NCBI GenBank assembly: GCA_001244265.2 | Contig: CDLV01000014.1 | Coordinates: 1,054,001-1,118,000, forward strand | Direction of reading: 5' to 3' | Source: Microbotryum violaceum | Taxonomy: Eukaryota | Length of the DNA: 64,000 nt | Translations under genes and position numbers: made by a program | Shown here: positions 13,822 through 26,255 of the stretch, in pieces | Numbering within the stretch: the first letter of the stretch is position 1 | How the letters are laid out: every line of letters starts with the position of its first letter | The notes under the pieces: model-generated | Told to the model about the DNA's origin: nothing | The model's input: the letters and a program-made list of their open reading frames with translations, nothing else | Databases searched by the model: none

Positions 13822-16427
13822 CTATGCAAAGTCCTTCAAGACGAAAACCTGGCAATCAATCCTCATCTCGGCAACGATCAAAGCTTCCATCAACTTGTCC
13901 AAGTCGTCCAATAATTGCTTGTCCCTCGAGTCCATGAGCTTGGGGTCCTCCCGAACGTCGGTCCTCTCCGACTTTTCGAGGACTTTGCTCGAACGTTCCA
14001 TCAGCTGCGTCTTTTGGACTTGGAGGTTCGCCAAGGCCTTATACTGGTGGTCGAGGAGTGTTCGAACGACTTTGGGGTAGTCGACATACCACAAGTAGAA
14101 CGTGCGAGAGGGGGCTCGGTCGGCGGATCGAGGCACCTCTTGCGATTCGATGAAGGACATGGCCCGAAGACGCGCGATTGTTTCTCGAGCTTCCTTGACG
14201 GTCAAGAAAGCCAGTCGTGCCAGCTAAGGATCGAGGCCAAGCTCAACCAAAGAGACCCGGGTCAATTCGGCAATTTAGAACTGGTTGCGAGGCACTTTGA
14301 CGGGGCTCACATGCTTCTCGTCGAGTTTTCCTTTGGCATCCAGGATCCTCCAACACTTGATGGCTTTCTTGTCCAGCTTGTCCTCGACCATCGCTTCGAC
14401 CAGAGCGCGCTTCATGCGATCCCCAAGATCCTTGTACCTCACGCTCCACCTAGCGTTTGGCCCGTCCCCACCCGCCTGCCTCAAGAACCCACTCGCGGCG
14501 TTGACACCAAGGTCATCGACTTTGGCTAGGATGTAGAGAATTTCGACGATCAGATCGGCATCTTCTTTTTTGTGCAGGCTCCCCCATTTTGGGTCCAGAC
14601 AGGGATCATCGTTGAAGGCGTAGCGGAGGGTCACACGCTCGGATTTGGGTAGAGACGACCATGCTTTCGACAGCTCGTTGCGGTTTATCGGGCCTATCAT
14701 CGTGAACGAGAACGACCAAGTACCGTATCAACATGTGGGTTCCGTGCTTTGTCAAATGAATTGAAGGAACTGACGAGACTCTTGATCCTCCATTGAGTGA
14801 ATCGAAGCATCGGCGACGTCGAGCACTAGACGAAAGACGCGCCCAATATGCGGATTGTAGATCTCTGATGCGAATCGTTCCATCATCTGACAGAAAATGA
14901 AAATCAACAAGACACGCCGGATTGAGTGAATTATCAGGATCGACGTGCAGCGCAATAAGCGTAGGCCGGCAAAGTGGCTGACCTCGCTTCTCCAGACCGT
15001 GTGCAGCCTTTCCGCATTGACTCGAAAGGTGGCGCCATTCTGGGGCGATGATCGGGAAAGCGTTCAGGCGGGAGCGGTTAGAATGCAGGCCTGTGACTAC
15101 GAAAGTACTTACGGGTAGTTCCTTCATCCCTTCGACCGACTCGAGATCGTCCAAATCATTCTCGTGGTACGGTTTCGTTTTCTTCCTGACGCGGTACGAA
15201 TCTTGCAACTCATCGAGGGTCTGCGGACGAGCATCAAGTTTCAGCCGACTTGGGTCATGAATTCCACTTCCTGCGACTGAAGACTGACCATGTTCTTTGA
15301 TCGAGCTTTTTGTTCTTCGTGATGAGTATCGTTGCGCGCTTGAATCTTCTCCTTGACCTCTTTGGTCTCCTTTGCCGACAAGATGGCTGCTCGGTGGAAG
15401 CGCTTGGTCAATCGCAAAGTCTGCTTTCACACCGGTCCTGGGGATTCTGCAACTACTCACACTTCATGCCCTGGCGTGCCTCTGTGTCCCATTTGATCTC
15501 CAACGAGCGGGGCATCTCCTGGGATTCGGGGGTGATGAGCGCAAGATAGCCATCGTGGAATGCTCGTTTGCACAGCACTTGAGCACGCGCTTGAGCTGGA
15601 CCGAGGGATGCAAACAAGAGCGGCATGCGTGTCAGCTATAATTATCCGGGAGGCTGGGTTCAAGCCCAAGTGGTTTACACCTCGACTGACCCTCGGCATC
15701 GGACAAAGGCCCCAAGACCCTGGCTTTCCCCTTTCCCTTGAGGAGCTTGCTCGACGAGGACGAAGGGTCGACGGAGCATTCGGCGGCGAGTTCGTGCTGG
15801 ATGACGAGCATGCGGTGCCGGAGCAGTGTATCTTGCTTGGCAAAGGCAATGAGGTCGTGGGTACCCATCATGCCGTTCTTCCAGATCTCTTGGATGATCT
15901 TACTCAGGGTCGACTCGGACGAAGGGGAAGAAGGGGAAGGGGACCAGGACTGCGCCTTGCGGTTGGCCAAGTCGATGTAGAGGCCACCGCGCAGACGTTG
16001 CTCGAGGTTGGCCTGATTGATCTCGAACGCCTCGACGCGCTTTTCCGAGTCGATTTCGGAGTGGTACAGGAGCATGTGCAACGACAGCACGAGCAAGGCC
16101 CGATGGATCAACGCTGGCGGCAGCGACGACAGCCGGGTCAGGTGCGCGAACGTCAACGATCCTCTCGCGAGGAGAATCGACGCGATTTCCTGTGCAGGAG
16201 CGAGGTGAACGTGGTCAGATCATACGGTTTCTCATCGTCTTTGCTCTTGTGTGGGGACGACGTGATGAGCTGCGTAAGCGAGAGCTGGTCGTCGCGCTCC
16301 GACGACGCTCTCGAGAGCCGTCGACAGGGGGAGGGGCGCATGCTCATCGAGTAGGACTTACCCCAACGACCGGACCAAAGTGCTGGTACACGATGTGGGT
16401 GAGCAGCCTGATGCGATCCTGCCCCAT
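13822..16427 (-). CDS. RPC82: DNA-directed RNA polymerase III subunit C3 (Rpc82/RPC62), multi-exon
   Basis: N-terminus MGQDRIRLLTHIVYQHFGPVV...HRALLVLSLHML; C-terminus CWRILDAKGKLDEKHV...KEARETIARL...QEVPRSADRAPSRTFYLWYVD. Confidence 0.88.
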
Positions 16428-16455
16428 GGTGTGTGTCCGTGCTGCAGCTGAGTCT

Positions 16456-16531
16456 GAGGTCGGAGGTCGGTGATCGGTGATCGGTGGTCGGTGGTCGGTG
16501 GTTGGTGGTCGGTGCTCGGTGCTCGGTGGTC
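16456..16531. repeat. Degenerate 7-bp tandem repeat (GGTGGTC/GGTGATC/GGTGCTC), about 11 units, upstream of RPC82
   Basis: Read directly from the sequence. Confidence 0.85.
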
Positions 16532-16791
16532 GTGGGTGGTGTGTGATGTAGGCGGGTGTGTAGGCGGGGGTGTCGCCTCGTCTTTCGCAACCCCACGCGC
16601 GCTGGGGACCATTACCATTATATAGCATCGCTCGGCGCGGCTCTATGTTACTAATCTCGGCGCTTTCTGACTTGGGCACGCCTGATATCAATGATAGCAA
16701 TGATATTGCCATTTGTCGCTCTCACTTCGCAGGCGCACCTCGGCTCACCCTGCCTTCTCGTAGTACACCTCACACCACACCGAAACCCACC

Positions 16792-19530
16792 ATGCCTCGC
16801 AAAGGATCCAAGAGGAGAAAGACACGTACCCATGTCAGTTTGTCGGCCTCAGCTCTGCGTTGTGATCCTCTTTGCTCTACTCGCGAGCCTCGACGCTCCG
16901 CGAGTCGACCCCCTGGTTCGACGGCTGCAAGTGCTGCGAAGTCGTTCAGCCACTCACCCCACCACACCCCGCAGTCGGATCGGGTCTCATCGATCTCACC
17001 GTCGACGAGTCGCAACTGAGATGGCGCTCGCGCACTTGCTCACCGAACTCACTCGTCATCCTCCCAGGTCAAACCAGGTACCTCCGCCGCCGGGTCGGAC
17101 GGTCATGGCCCCAAAGTTCCAAAGTCGTTCGTCGTAAAGTCCGGCGTCGTCGGCAACTCGGTCGCGGCGCTGACCCATGACCTGCGCAAAGTGCTCGAAC
17201 CCAATACCGCTTCTCGGCTGCGGGTCAGTTCAAGTTCAATTTCACTCGCCATACAATCTGGCTTTTGGTTGCGTTTTGTTCTGACCTGTACCTGCTGTTC
17301 CGGCGCTGGACGTTGGCTGTCTTGCCCTCTCAACTAGGAACGTAAATCCAACCGATTGAGGGACTACGTCTCCATGTCCGGACCGCTCGGCGTGACCCAT
17401 TTGCTCGTCTTCTCGCAATCTTCCCCTTCCGGCACCCCACTTGCTTCGAACTCCGCAGCGTCCACGTCCAAGAAGAACGCCGCCGCAGAGAACGACCGCA
17501 TCGAGCAGAGCCTCGTCCAGGGCACCACCACCCTCAACCTCAGGCTGATCCGACTGCCGCGAGGACCGACGCTCAGCTTCAAGGTGCTCAGGTACTCGCT
17601 AGCGAGCGACATTCTCAGGATGGCCAGAAGACCCCGAGCGATCGGCCGAGAGTTTGCTCAAGCTCCCCTGGTGCGTGCACCTCGCCATCTCGACGACTCT
17701 CTCTCTAGCTTTGCTCTCGGTCAGGCACTGAAGCGCCCCCGTCTTTTCACCCCACAGCTCATTCTCAGTGGATTCGGTGGGCCGGACAAGCAGCTTCAAC
17801 TCATGACGACCGTCTTTCAAAACCTGTTCCCGCCCATCCACGTCCAATCGGTGAGTACCGTCGCCCCTCCACCCCACGCTTCATCGTGCTGATTCATCCC
17901 TCTCCATTCCAGATGCCCCTCTCCTCCGCCCGCCGCGTCGTCTTGCTCTCGTACAACGCCACCACGCGTACGATCGATCTCCGCCACTACGTCATCTCGG
18001 TCCGACCGATCGGCATTTCGAAACCGATCCGGCGCATCATTGCCGGGTCCTCATTGAACAAGATTACCGTCTCCTCGAACAAACGACCCCTCGGGCTCTC
18101 CGATTCGGAAGAAGAGGAACACCCATCCGATGCGGACGACGGCCAAGACAAGACGCGCTCGGGCGTAGGTAAGGGTAAAGGTGTTCTGGACCTTTCCAAA
18201 GCGCAGGACATCGCCGACTACATCCTTCGCCACGAAGGCATGGGCTTCGTCGGCACCTCGGATTCCGAAATGTCGGACCAGTCCGACGTCGGATCCCAAT
18301 CGGGTGGAGAGAACTCGGAAGAGGATGAAAAGAAGGGTAAAGTCAGATTACCTGGGGAATACATCGGGAGGGGGAATCGAGGGAAGGGGGTGAGGGGGGA
18401 GAAGAGGGCGGTGAGGTTGGTCGAGTTGGGCCCGAGGATGGAGTTGGGCCTCTTCAAGATTGAGGAAGGCGTGGGCGAGGGCGAGGTGATGTTCCATGAG
18501 ATGGGTCAGTTCGGTCATTCGTTATGGCCTACGCTTCTGCCGCTGCTCTTGGGTTCCTTAGAACTGATCAAATCGCTGGGACGCCCTCTATACAGTACAC
18601 AAATCCGTGACTGAAGCTGCGCAACTGGCCAAAGTCCATGCCGCACGTCGCAAGCTCGCCGCCGAACGCCGAGCACAGCAACAAGCCAACGTCGAAGCCA
18701 AAAAGGCCGCTAAGAAGGCCGAAAAGGAGGGCAAGAACGGGGGTGTCACATTCAGCGAAGACACCAAAGAAGGCGAAGACACCAAAGAAGGCGAAGACGG
18801 CGACGAGAACGACGATGAGGAGGATGACGACGAGGATGCGATTGATTCGGATATCGACTTTGATTATGAGAAGGAGCACGGTCTATCTGCACCTAGTGAT
18901 GAGGAATTATTGGGCTCTGACACGGAAGATGAGGAAGCTGAAGAGGTGGGGGGGGAGCAAGCCATTGATTCGGACGCCGAGGACTCGTTTTCGGACCAAG
19001 AGGAATCGTTCGTCGATTCGAATGGACAGGACTCTGAGATGGACGAGGACGACGAGGAGGAGGACGACGAAGAAGAGGAAGAGGAAGATGACAATGACGA
19101 TGACGATGACTCCGACACGGACCCGATACCTATCTCTCAAGTGGATTTTATCGACCATCCGCCACCTTTGGCCAAGTTGACGAAACGATCCAACGCCCCA
19201 TCTTCGAGCGCGACCTCGTTCAAGCAGAAGGGCTTCAAGAAGGTTGATCGGGGACCGGCACCGGCTGCTGTGGGCATTGCCAAGCCTCGTGGACCGACCA
19301 AGAAGGAATTGAAGCGAACTGCCGAGTTGGACAAGAAGAACGGCGGGACGGGCAAGAGGGCGAGATACGAGGATGATTACGGTGGAGAGTACGAGGGAAC
19401 GAGATTTGGAGCAGGCCGAGGTCGAGGTGGGCGAGGAGGTGGTGGCGGAAGCGGGAGAGGTGAGAGTCGGGGGCGGGGTGGACGAGGTGGAGGGAGGGGT
19501 GCGTCTCGAGGATCTTCGAGGGGACGGTAG
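16792..19530 (+). CDS. SSF1: Ribosome biogenesis Brix-domain protein Ssf1/Ppan, multi-exon, with acidic and RGG tail
   Basis: MPRKGSKRRKTRTH; PKSFVV; DLRKVLEPNTASRLR|ERKSNRLRDYVSMSGPLGVTHLL; RLPRGPTLSFKV; AVRLVELGPRMEL. Confidence 0.92.
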
Positions 19531-19664
19531 GTAGAAGCCACGTCCTCAACACGAGGCGCTTGCAATCACAGACCGACTCGAATGTACGATTCCGTAGTGG
19601 TACCGAGAGTGATATGCATCGCATGCTCTTCTACATGCACCTGTCCGACACTTTGAATCCTGAG

Positions 19665-20670
19665 CTACAAGTTCGCCTTTCCAGCCTTCCTCAGCGCTGC
19701 ATCGATGATCTCGGTCATCCGAAGGACAGCCTCATCTTGCCCTTTGCGTCCCATGCACTGAAGGCCAATGGGTGCATCCTCATACAGAACAGGATCATCT
19801 GCAGGAGAGAAGGGTGGAGACAATCCTCAGCTTGATGACGGTGGGAACAAAGTCCTCCATACTCCTCAAACACTCACACGTCTCTTGGATCCGTTTCTCG
19901 GTAGCTGATCGATAGCTCGCGGGAGCAGGAGCAGACGGATCCAATTTCGGGTCGACTTGGATGACGGCGAACACACCAAGCGGGTAGTCGTGCAGATTTG
20001 CCAGACCCGTATACTAGCCCCATCTATGGCCAAAGAGCGGGGCTAGTCAGCAAAGCTTCGAGATAAACCGTGAACGCCAAAGCTTGCACTCACGCGGCGA
20101 CACCGTGTACTTCTGGAGCGTCGCACGAGACGGGACCTATGATTGCATCCAAAGGTCTTCCAGTACCCGTTATACTACTCGTACCTTCCCACGCATCAAT
20201 TGTGACTTGACATACACCTTCCGCTGCGCACACAGCTCCCAATACTGGGAAGCGGTCAACTCCTTCCCATCGCCGCGGTTCATCCTTCCAAGATCCTCGA
20301 TTCGCCCGACTCGGCACAAGCGATGTCAAAGCCCTTCTCGCCATCAGCGGCATATAAATCGACGAGGATCTTGAGACCGTCGAGAGCGTCGTCGAAGGAC
20401 CAATCGATGACGGTATGGCCCTCGGCTTCGAGGGCTTTCTTGGTCTTGTAGAGAGCTCGAGCATAAGGTGCTGCGGGGCGACAATGCCCGTCGTCTCTCC
20501 AAAGCCCTAAGCCGAGTTTGTTCCCGCCTGCGTAATCCTTCAGTTGGTACAATTCATTTTGCCAGGGTCGATAAGTGACGTAAGGGTCCACGCGCCAAGG
20601 CTCGGCTTCCACCACGGCCTTGACGAAAAGTTTGGCGACGGAAGGGATCGCATTGCATTTGGCCCGCGAC
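19665..20670 (-). pseudogene. C-terminal half of an amidase-signature (acetamidase-like) gene, 5'-truncated
   Basis: [16 protein letters not shown]...ALEAEGHTVIDW...YTGLANLHDYP...PIGLQCMGRKGQDEAVL. The sequence switches to transposon DNA at 20671 and no GGSSGG catalytic region was found. Confidence 0.8.
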
Positions 20671-20745
20671 CTTGCCCTAGCCGAAACTAAAGCAAAGGGG
20701 ACAGCTTCTCGATGCGACCCCACAAACAAAGCAGAAACGAAACCA
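20671..20745 (-). repeat. About 75-nt dispersed repeat ending in a TTCG-loop hairpin (copy 1)
   Basis: Reverse complement aligns with 44886-44958 with several substitutions; similarity stops exactly after GGGCAAG. Confidence 0.85.
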
Positions 20746-23514
20746 TGGGACATAAAGCCCAAGCTGGCGATGTCGACAGCATTCCACCCACAGACCAATG
20801 GGCGCAGCGAACGAACGAACAGGACGGTGATCCAAGTCCTGCGAACACTGGCCAATCGCCGGCAAAATGACTGGGCCAACCACATCGCAACGGTCGAATT
20901 CGTAATTAACTCCAGCCTGAACAAGTCGACGGGAAAGACGCCGTTTGAAGTGGTGCTGGGCTTCAATCCCGAGCTGACCCCGATTGCTCCACGGGACGGC
21001 TCAACGGTGTTGCAGGCGGTGGAAGCGGTTGTGGACGAACGAGAAACAGCAGTGGCGGAAGCAAGGGACAACTTGGCAATTGCAAAGATCCGACAAGCCG
21101 AACAGAGCAACAGGAGGCGGAAAGTAGACCCGGTGTTTGCTGTCGGGGACAAGGTCTTGGTCGACTCCCGGGATCGACGTCTGCGGTACAAGGCGGATGG
21201 GGAAGCACGGTCAACCAAGTTCTTCCCACGATTTGATGGGGGCCCTATGAAGTTCTTGCAGCGCGGCTGGAAACATCAAATTACAAGCTCAAGCTGAACC
21301 CCGGCGACAAGACGCACAATGTTTTCCATGTATCCAAGCTGCGGCGATGGGTAGCAAACGATGGGGAGGCCTTCCCGGGCCGCCATGCAGCCGAACCAGC
21401 GGCAATCATAGTGCAGGGAAACTAAGAATGGGAAGTGGAACGCATCGTGGATGAAAAAGGGAAAGGGAAAAGGAAGAAGTTCTTGGTTAAATGGAAGGGA
21501 TGGGCGGACAGCGACAACACTTGGGAGCCTAGATCGCATCTGGAAGAGACGGCAGCTTTAGACCGGTGGGAAAACGAGAACCGGGAAGGGGGGTAAGGAC
21601 AGGGAGGAGAGGGTGTAAGGATGGGAGAGGATTTGGAATAGGTGGTGGAGAGTGTAAGGCCCGTGCGCCTGACCCTTAGGAGAAGAGACGCGCGCCTGGG
21701 CACTGTTAGTCTCTCAGCGACTAACGTAGAGTGTCCAGGTGAGCCCAAGTGTATCAGAAGGCATTGTCATAGTAGCGACTAACGTAGAGTGTCCAGTGTC
21801 AATCCTACATACTTTGGTCCTGTGATCTTATTGTTGTCGCTCCGGTGTGCACTCCTACGGGGTGTATTACACCACCACCTGCGCCAAGCCCCCGGTCACG
21901 ACATCGACGTCTTTCAGGAATTCTCCGATCAGATGCGTTCACTATAAATGGAGATCGGATTCCAGGTTGTCTCCGACCAAGAAGTGGCCAAGCTGGTTCT
22001 CCTGGGCACCGATCCGGAACTCTGCCGGATCCTGCGCACCCACATGGTCTCGTCGCTGGCTGGCTAGTCGGACCTATCGCTCGAGAAGCTTGCCCTCGAC
22101 GCTCCAGTGGTCCCTACCAGGCCGGAGGCCGCCGAGGTTTTTAGTGATGCACACACAGACCAACCTCTCGAGTTCGATTACCAAGTCTTTGAGAGGATTG
22201 GTCGCGAGGAATGGAGCGTCATCGCGCAGCGACGCCAAGCCATTGCGACCCAGGTCAGTGCGCTACAACAGCGCCCCACGTACTCGCGACCCGCTGCAGT
22301 CTCGGCTACACCTCAAGTTGCGACAGCTGCTACCGGCCATTCCCCGATCACGGGTGGCCCCCGCCCCGTCGCCTGACTCACCGTCGACGAGCGCGCGTAC
22401 CTGGACCAGAACCACGGATGCTATCGCTGCCGCACTCTCAATGCCGACCACATCTCGCGCAACTGCCCCCGCTACTTGTCACCCATGGGAGCGTCCGCCA
22501 CTCCGTCGACGCCAACGTCGAGCGCTCCTGCGCCTCGCCCCGGGCCCCGTATGGTGGCGGCCATTCGGACCTTCCAAGAAACTGGCAATTCAATCGTGTT
22601 TGCCGGCCTCAGCAGCGACTCGGAGGACGACAATGATCCTTCGTACGCACCGCATCCCTTTCCCCCCTTACCCGTCTCCCTACTCGGCGCTCATGGTACT
22701 CTCCTTGCCTCCGCCCTAGTTGATTCGGGATCACCTCAAACGTTTCTCAGTGAGGAGCTTGTTCAGCGATTGGGTTTGGAAAGGCACGCCCTGGAACAGC
22801 ACTCGAAGTACACCCTTGCAATGCAAAACCAAGTCCCCACTGTCTTCGCCTGCACGCACTTTGTTCGAGTCCCGCTCGAGCTGGCCAACGGGCTCTGGGC
22901 CGCAGGACCAACGTACGCCGAGGTAGCGCCCCTCGGGAAGGACCTTGAGATTATCTTGGGAGGCAACTTCATCTATTGGCACAAGATGGAGCTCGGCCTC
23001 TTCCCTCAGCCACACCTCACCTGCAAAGCCAACCCCGTACACTCTATAGACCTGCTGGCGCTGTCGTCCCAGCCGTGCGGGTTGCCTCAATTGCTCCGGT
23101 TGTTGACGCCGAGGAGCAGCTCCGCCTTGCCGCGCTTGACCATCGCCTCCGAGCGGAGTTTGCCGACCGTTTTCCTGCGGATATCCCGCCTGTACACTCG
23201 TACCAATCCCCGGTGCGACACCGCATCGAGCTTGACAAGCCGTCCACTGTCGTCAACCTTCGAGGATACCCCCTCCCAAAGAAGTATCGCGAGGCATGGT
23301 ACTTACTGCTACAGGAACATCTCGCGGCCGGTCGCCTCCGCCCCTCTCGGTCGTCATACTCGTCACCCTCGTTCATCATCCCAAAGAAGGGCTGCAACGT
23401 GGATCCCGCGATTGCCCCGCACTGAGTGAACAACTACCGCGAGGTCAACGAGCACACCATCAAAGACCGCATGCCTCTGCCCTTGCCTGATGACATTCTC
23501 TCGACGTGCTCCAA
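20746..23514 (+). mobile_element. Ty3/Gypsy chromovirus remnant in permuted order: integrase C-terminus/chromodomain - PPT - LTR - gag - protease - RT start
   Basis: [24 protein letters not shown](PY); [10 protein letters not shown]...[17 protein letters not shown]; polypurine tract 21601-21613; ALVDSGS protease; RPSRSSYSSPSFIIPKK RT start; stops and frameshifts present. Confidence 0.92.
21614..21809 (+). repeat. Probable single LTR (TGTAAGGAT...ATCCTACA) with an internal 23-bp direct repeat
   Basis: Starts with TG right after the polypurine tract; imperfect inverted ends; AGCGACTAACGTAGAGTGTCCAG occurs twice. The right boundary is uncertain. Confidence 0.6.
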
Positions 23515-24162
23515 TAGATGCATGATGAGGTGGTCCGGTGGGTCGACGAGATGTTCGCCCATGCTCGAGTCAGCCTGAGAATCGGGTGTTGATCCGGAAG
23601 CAACGGCTTTGGCAGGAGGCAGGAGCGAATAGACCTTGGCTAGAGCGTGTACCAGTTCGTCATCATCCTTGGGTAGCATCCCCGGTCTGACCAACATCTC
23701 CCTGTACCCCGTAATGACCCCATCAAAGTGCCCCTTCTCGAACTCGTACGCCTCAGGCGGGAGAAAAGTATCCCTCGGATGATCGGGATGGGCCTTTAGG
23801 TAACTTCGTGCCAGTCGTCGTGCATGCGACGTCGTACGTGAGGGTGACGAGAGGAGTGCCAACGAATGTTGTAACACCACACGTTGCTGCGAGGTCGAGA
23901 GTAAAGAGGAGTGAACCCGTAGGCCTGGGTGGGGGGACCATGGCGACGACGAGGTGGGGTGCTGCAGCTGCCGTGACGAGTCTTGCAGCAACTTCAAAGT
24001 GCGTCGCATGACAGTCTGATTGGTCTTGTCACCGAATCCGTGTAGGTGGAGGTGCCTGTCGATCGTACGCACGGTGGGGTAAAGATGTCCTGCCGATCGA
24101 TTGTGAATTTACGAGTCCGAGTGAGAGTATGCCGGCTCAGTGACGAAACCAACAATCGTAGG
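23515..24162 (-). pseudogene. Near-identical partial duplicate of the 5' part of the ALKBH7-like gene at 48521-49170
   Basis: Identical translation (MRRTLKLLQ...PPDHLIMHL) with an offset of 25006 bp; truncated before the HxD motif. Confidence 0.95.
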
Positions 24163-24658
24163 CTTCGTTAAGCGTGCATCGCTTGCGTGGAAGCATCTTT
24201 ACGCCCTTTAGCGAGCGTTTGCCAAGATGCTTGAATTGGTTTCGAAGACGACATTGGCGCCCAGTCTACTGAAGAAGCGAAAGATGGGTGCGAAAAATAA
24301 GGGCCCTATCGGATTCCGCTGCGCCGGCACGTCCGAATAGCCGAAGCGGCGGCTGGTTTGCACCGATAAGAAAGTCGCGTTTCACTCACACTGCCACACC
24401 ATATTCTTGATTTAAACGTCGTCACCGCACCAGGCTAGGCACATCATTCACTGTTCCTCTCTCTCACGTCAGGCCATCTCGTCCACCATTGATCATGTAA
24501 GTTAATTGAGACTTTCAACGTTTGATAGATTGTCAGGTCTTTCGTTCATGCATTAAGCTTCGGATACAGCACGCAGACCGGTTCTTCTTTTTTTAGATGC
24601 ACCCTCCAAATTCCGTACAACCCTCCTCCCCCTCCTTCCCTTCCTTCCCTCCATCCAT

Positions 24659-26255
24659 TCAGCCTTGCACACCGCTCCCTCGTTTATCCCAATCTCGACT
24701 CCCAACGACGCGCGTCCCTTTGGCCCCCTTGCCACTGAGGTACAACCTCCTCAAGGCGTCCTCACTCGCCCTGTACTCGCTCATCTTGATACTGCTCCCG
24801 AACCCTTCGCCCAACTTGGTCGCGCCCGAGTAAACGCCGCTGACGAAAGTCGCGTGATTCGACAATCGGCCCGACTCTTTCAAGAGGCGGTGCGTAGCGC
24901 GCTCAGCCGAAGCCTTCAAGACGAGGTGCGACGAGAGCACCGAGGTCGGATTGGTGAACTTCAAAAGGGGCAGGATTTGCGAAGAGGCAATGGGGGAGGG
25001 AAGTTTAGAGTTGGTAGAGGATATAAGCGAGGCGAGGAAGTGCGCATGCACGAATTGGCGTGCCGCGTTGAAGCCCTGCATCGGATAGAAGAAAGCGGGT
25101 CAGCCAAGAAGGCTATCGACTTCGTACCAAGTTGTGGTGACTAACATGAGTCTGATAGATAGCGCCCACGACAGCCCTCGCAACGCTGGCCAAGGCATCC
25201 TCGAACAAGACGGCATCCTTGAGGGGCGAGACCTTCGTTCGGTTCCATCGAACCAACCCGATACCAGCAGCCCCGTCACCACCCACAGATTCCCGCTTCG
25301 CCGCCGGTCCAACACCACCAACGAGGTGGCCATACGCTCGATCCTTCCCGGACAATTTTTGAGCGTCCGGTCGGCCGACCCATCGATGGTCCAAGCGCGT
25401 CGGTGCGATACCCCACGACGTCGCAACGGCAGCAAGTGATTTGGGGCCCACAAACATCGTCAATGCGGCTTTGGTGACACGTGTTGGTAGATTTGGGAAC
25501 TGCTCTATCAAGGCCTCGGCCGTGAGCGATCCGAGGAGCGCGTTGCCGAGCGACGCCAGGGGTTCGTTGTGCGCGCGCAGGGCGGTGACGCTCGTCGGCG
25601 CAGAGATTGGGCTGTCGTGGAAGTGGGTATGCTGACGTTCGGCTGCGTTCGATTTGGGCAAGGTGTTGACGCCGGCCCAGAAGGATTCGTGGATGAGGCA
25701 TTGCTCAAGCAGAGCCAGATCTTGAGCGAGGGAGAACTGTGCCGAATGCTTGCCCGCGCCTACTACGGAGGTAGCGAGTCGCCCTGCGAAAGCCGAAAGC
25801 GACGAGAGTGGTGGCGGGGTCGTGTAGGTGAAGAGTAGGGAGAGGGACTGGTCGGTAATTGGATTTAGGATGTAAGAGTCGTTGGCCTCAGCGGTCTCGG
25901 ATGGGGTCGGGGGCGGGGTAGGGAGGTCGGAAGCGGTGTGGGTACTGCCAGGTCCAACGTCCCGCGCAGAGGCAAAGGAGGGCGGTTTTTTGTTGCTATT
26001 GGTTGTTCTTCGCACCTCGCGTGGTACATGGGGTCGTGGCGAGATGTAGGCCCTAGGGGATGCCTGCGAGGCCGAAGCGGTGGTCGCAGCCGCGGCGGCC
26101 GAGGTGCTCGCCGACGAGAAGGAACGGGCTGCAGGAAATGAGGCAAACGTGATCAGTTTTAGGCTTTTGACAACTATGTTAAAAGCCCTCAACACGATGG
26201 CGGTATCAACATCTCGGCGGGCCCGGAAGGGTTCGAGGATGTTGCCCAAGAGCAT
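24659..26255 (-). CDS. MRPL3: Mitochondrial ribosomal protein mL44 (RNase III-like + dsRBD)
   Basis: LEQCLIHESF, HNEPLASLGNALL, FPNLPTRV, ASVARAVVGAIYQ, RLLKESGRLSNHATFVSGVYSG..KLGEGFGSSIKMSEYRASEDAL; one intron near 25080-25145. The start codon is uncertain. Confidence 0.88.

Noticed and set aside
15560-16354. 264-aa plus-strand ORF
   Set aside because: Antisense to RPC82 exons.
20280-21218. 312-aa minus-strand ORF as a novel gene
   Set aside because: Accidental fusion of antisense integrase, the 75-nt repeat and the amidase remnant.
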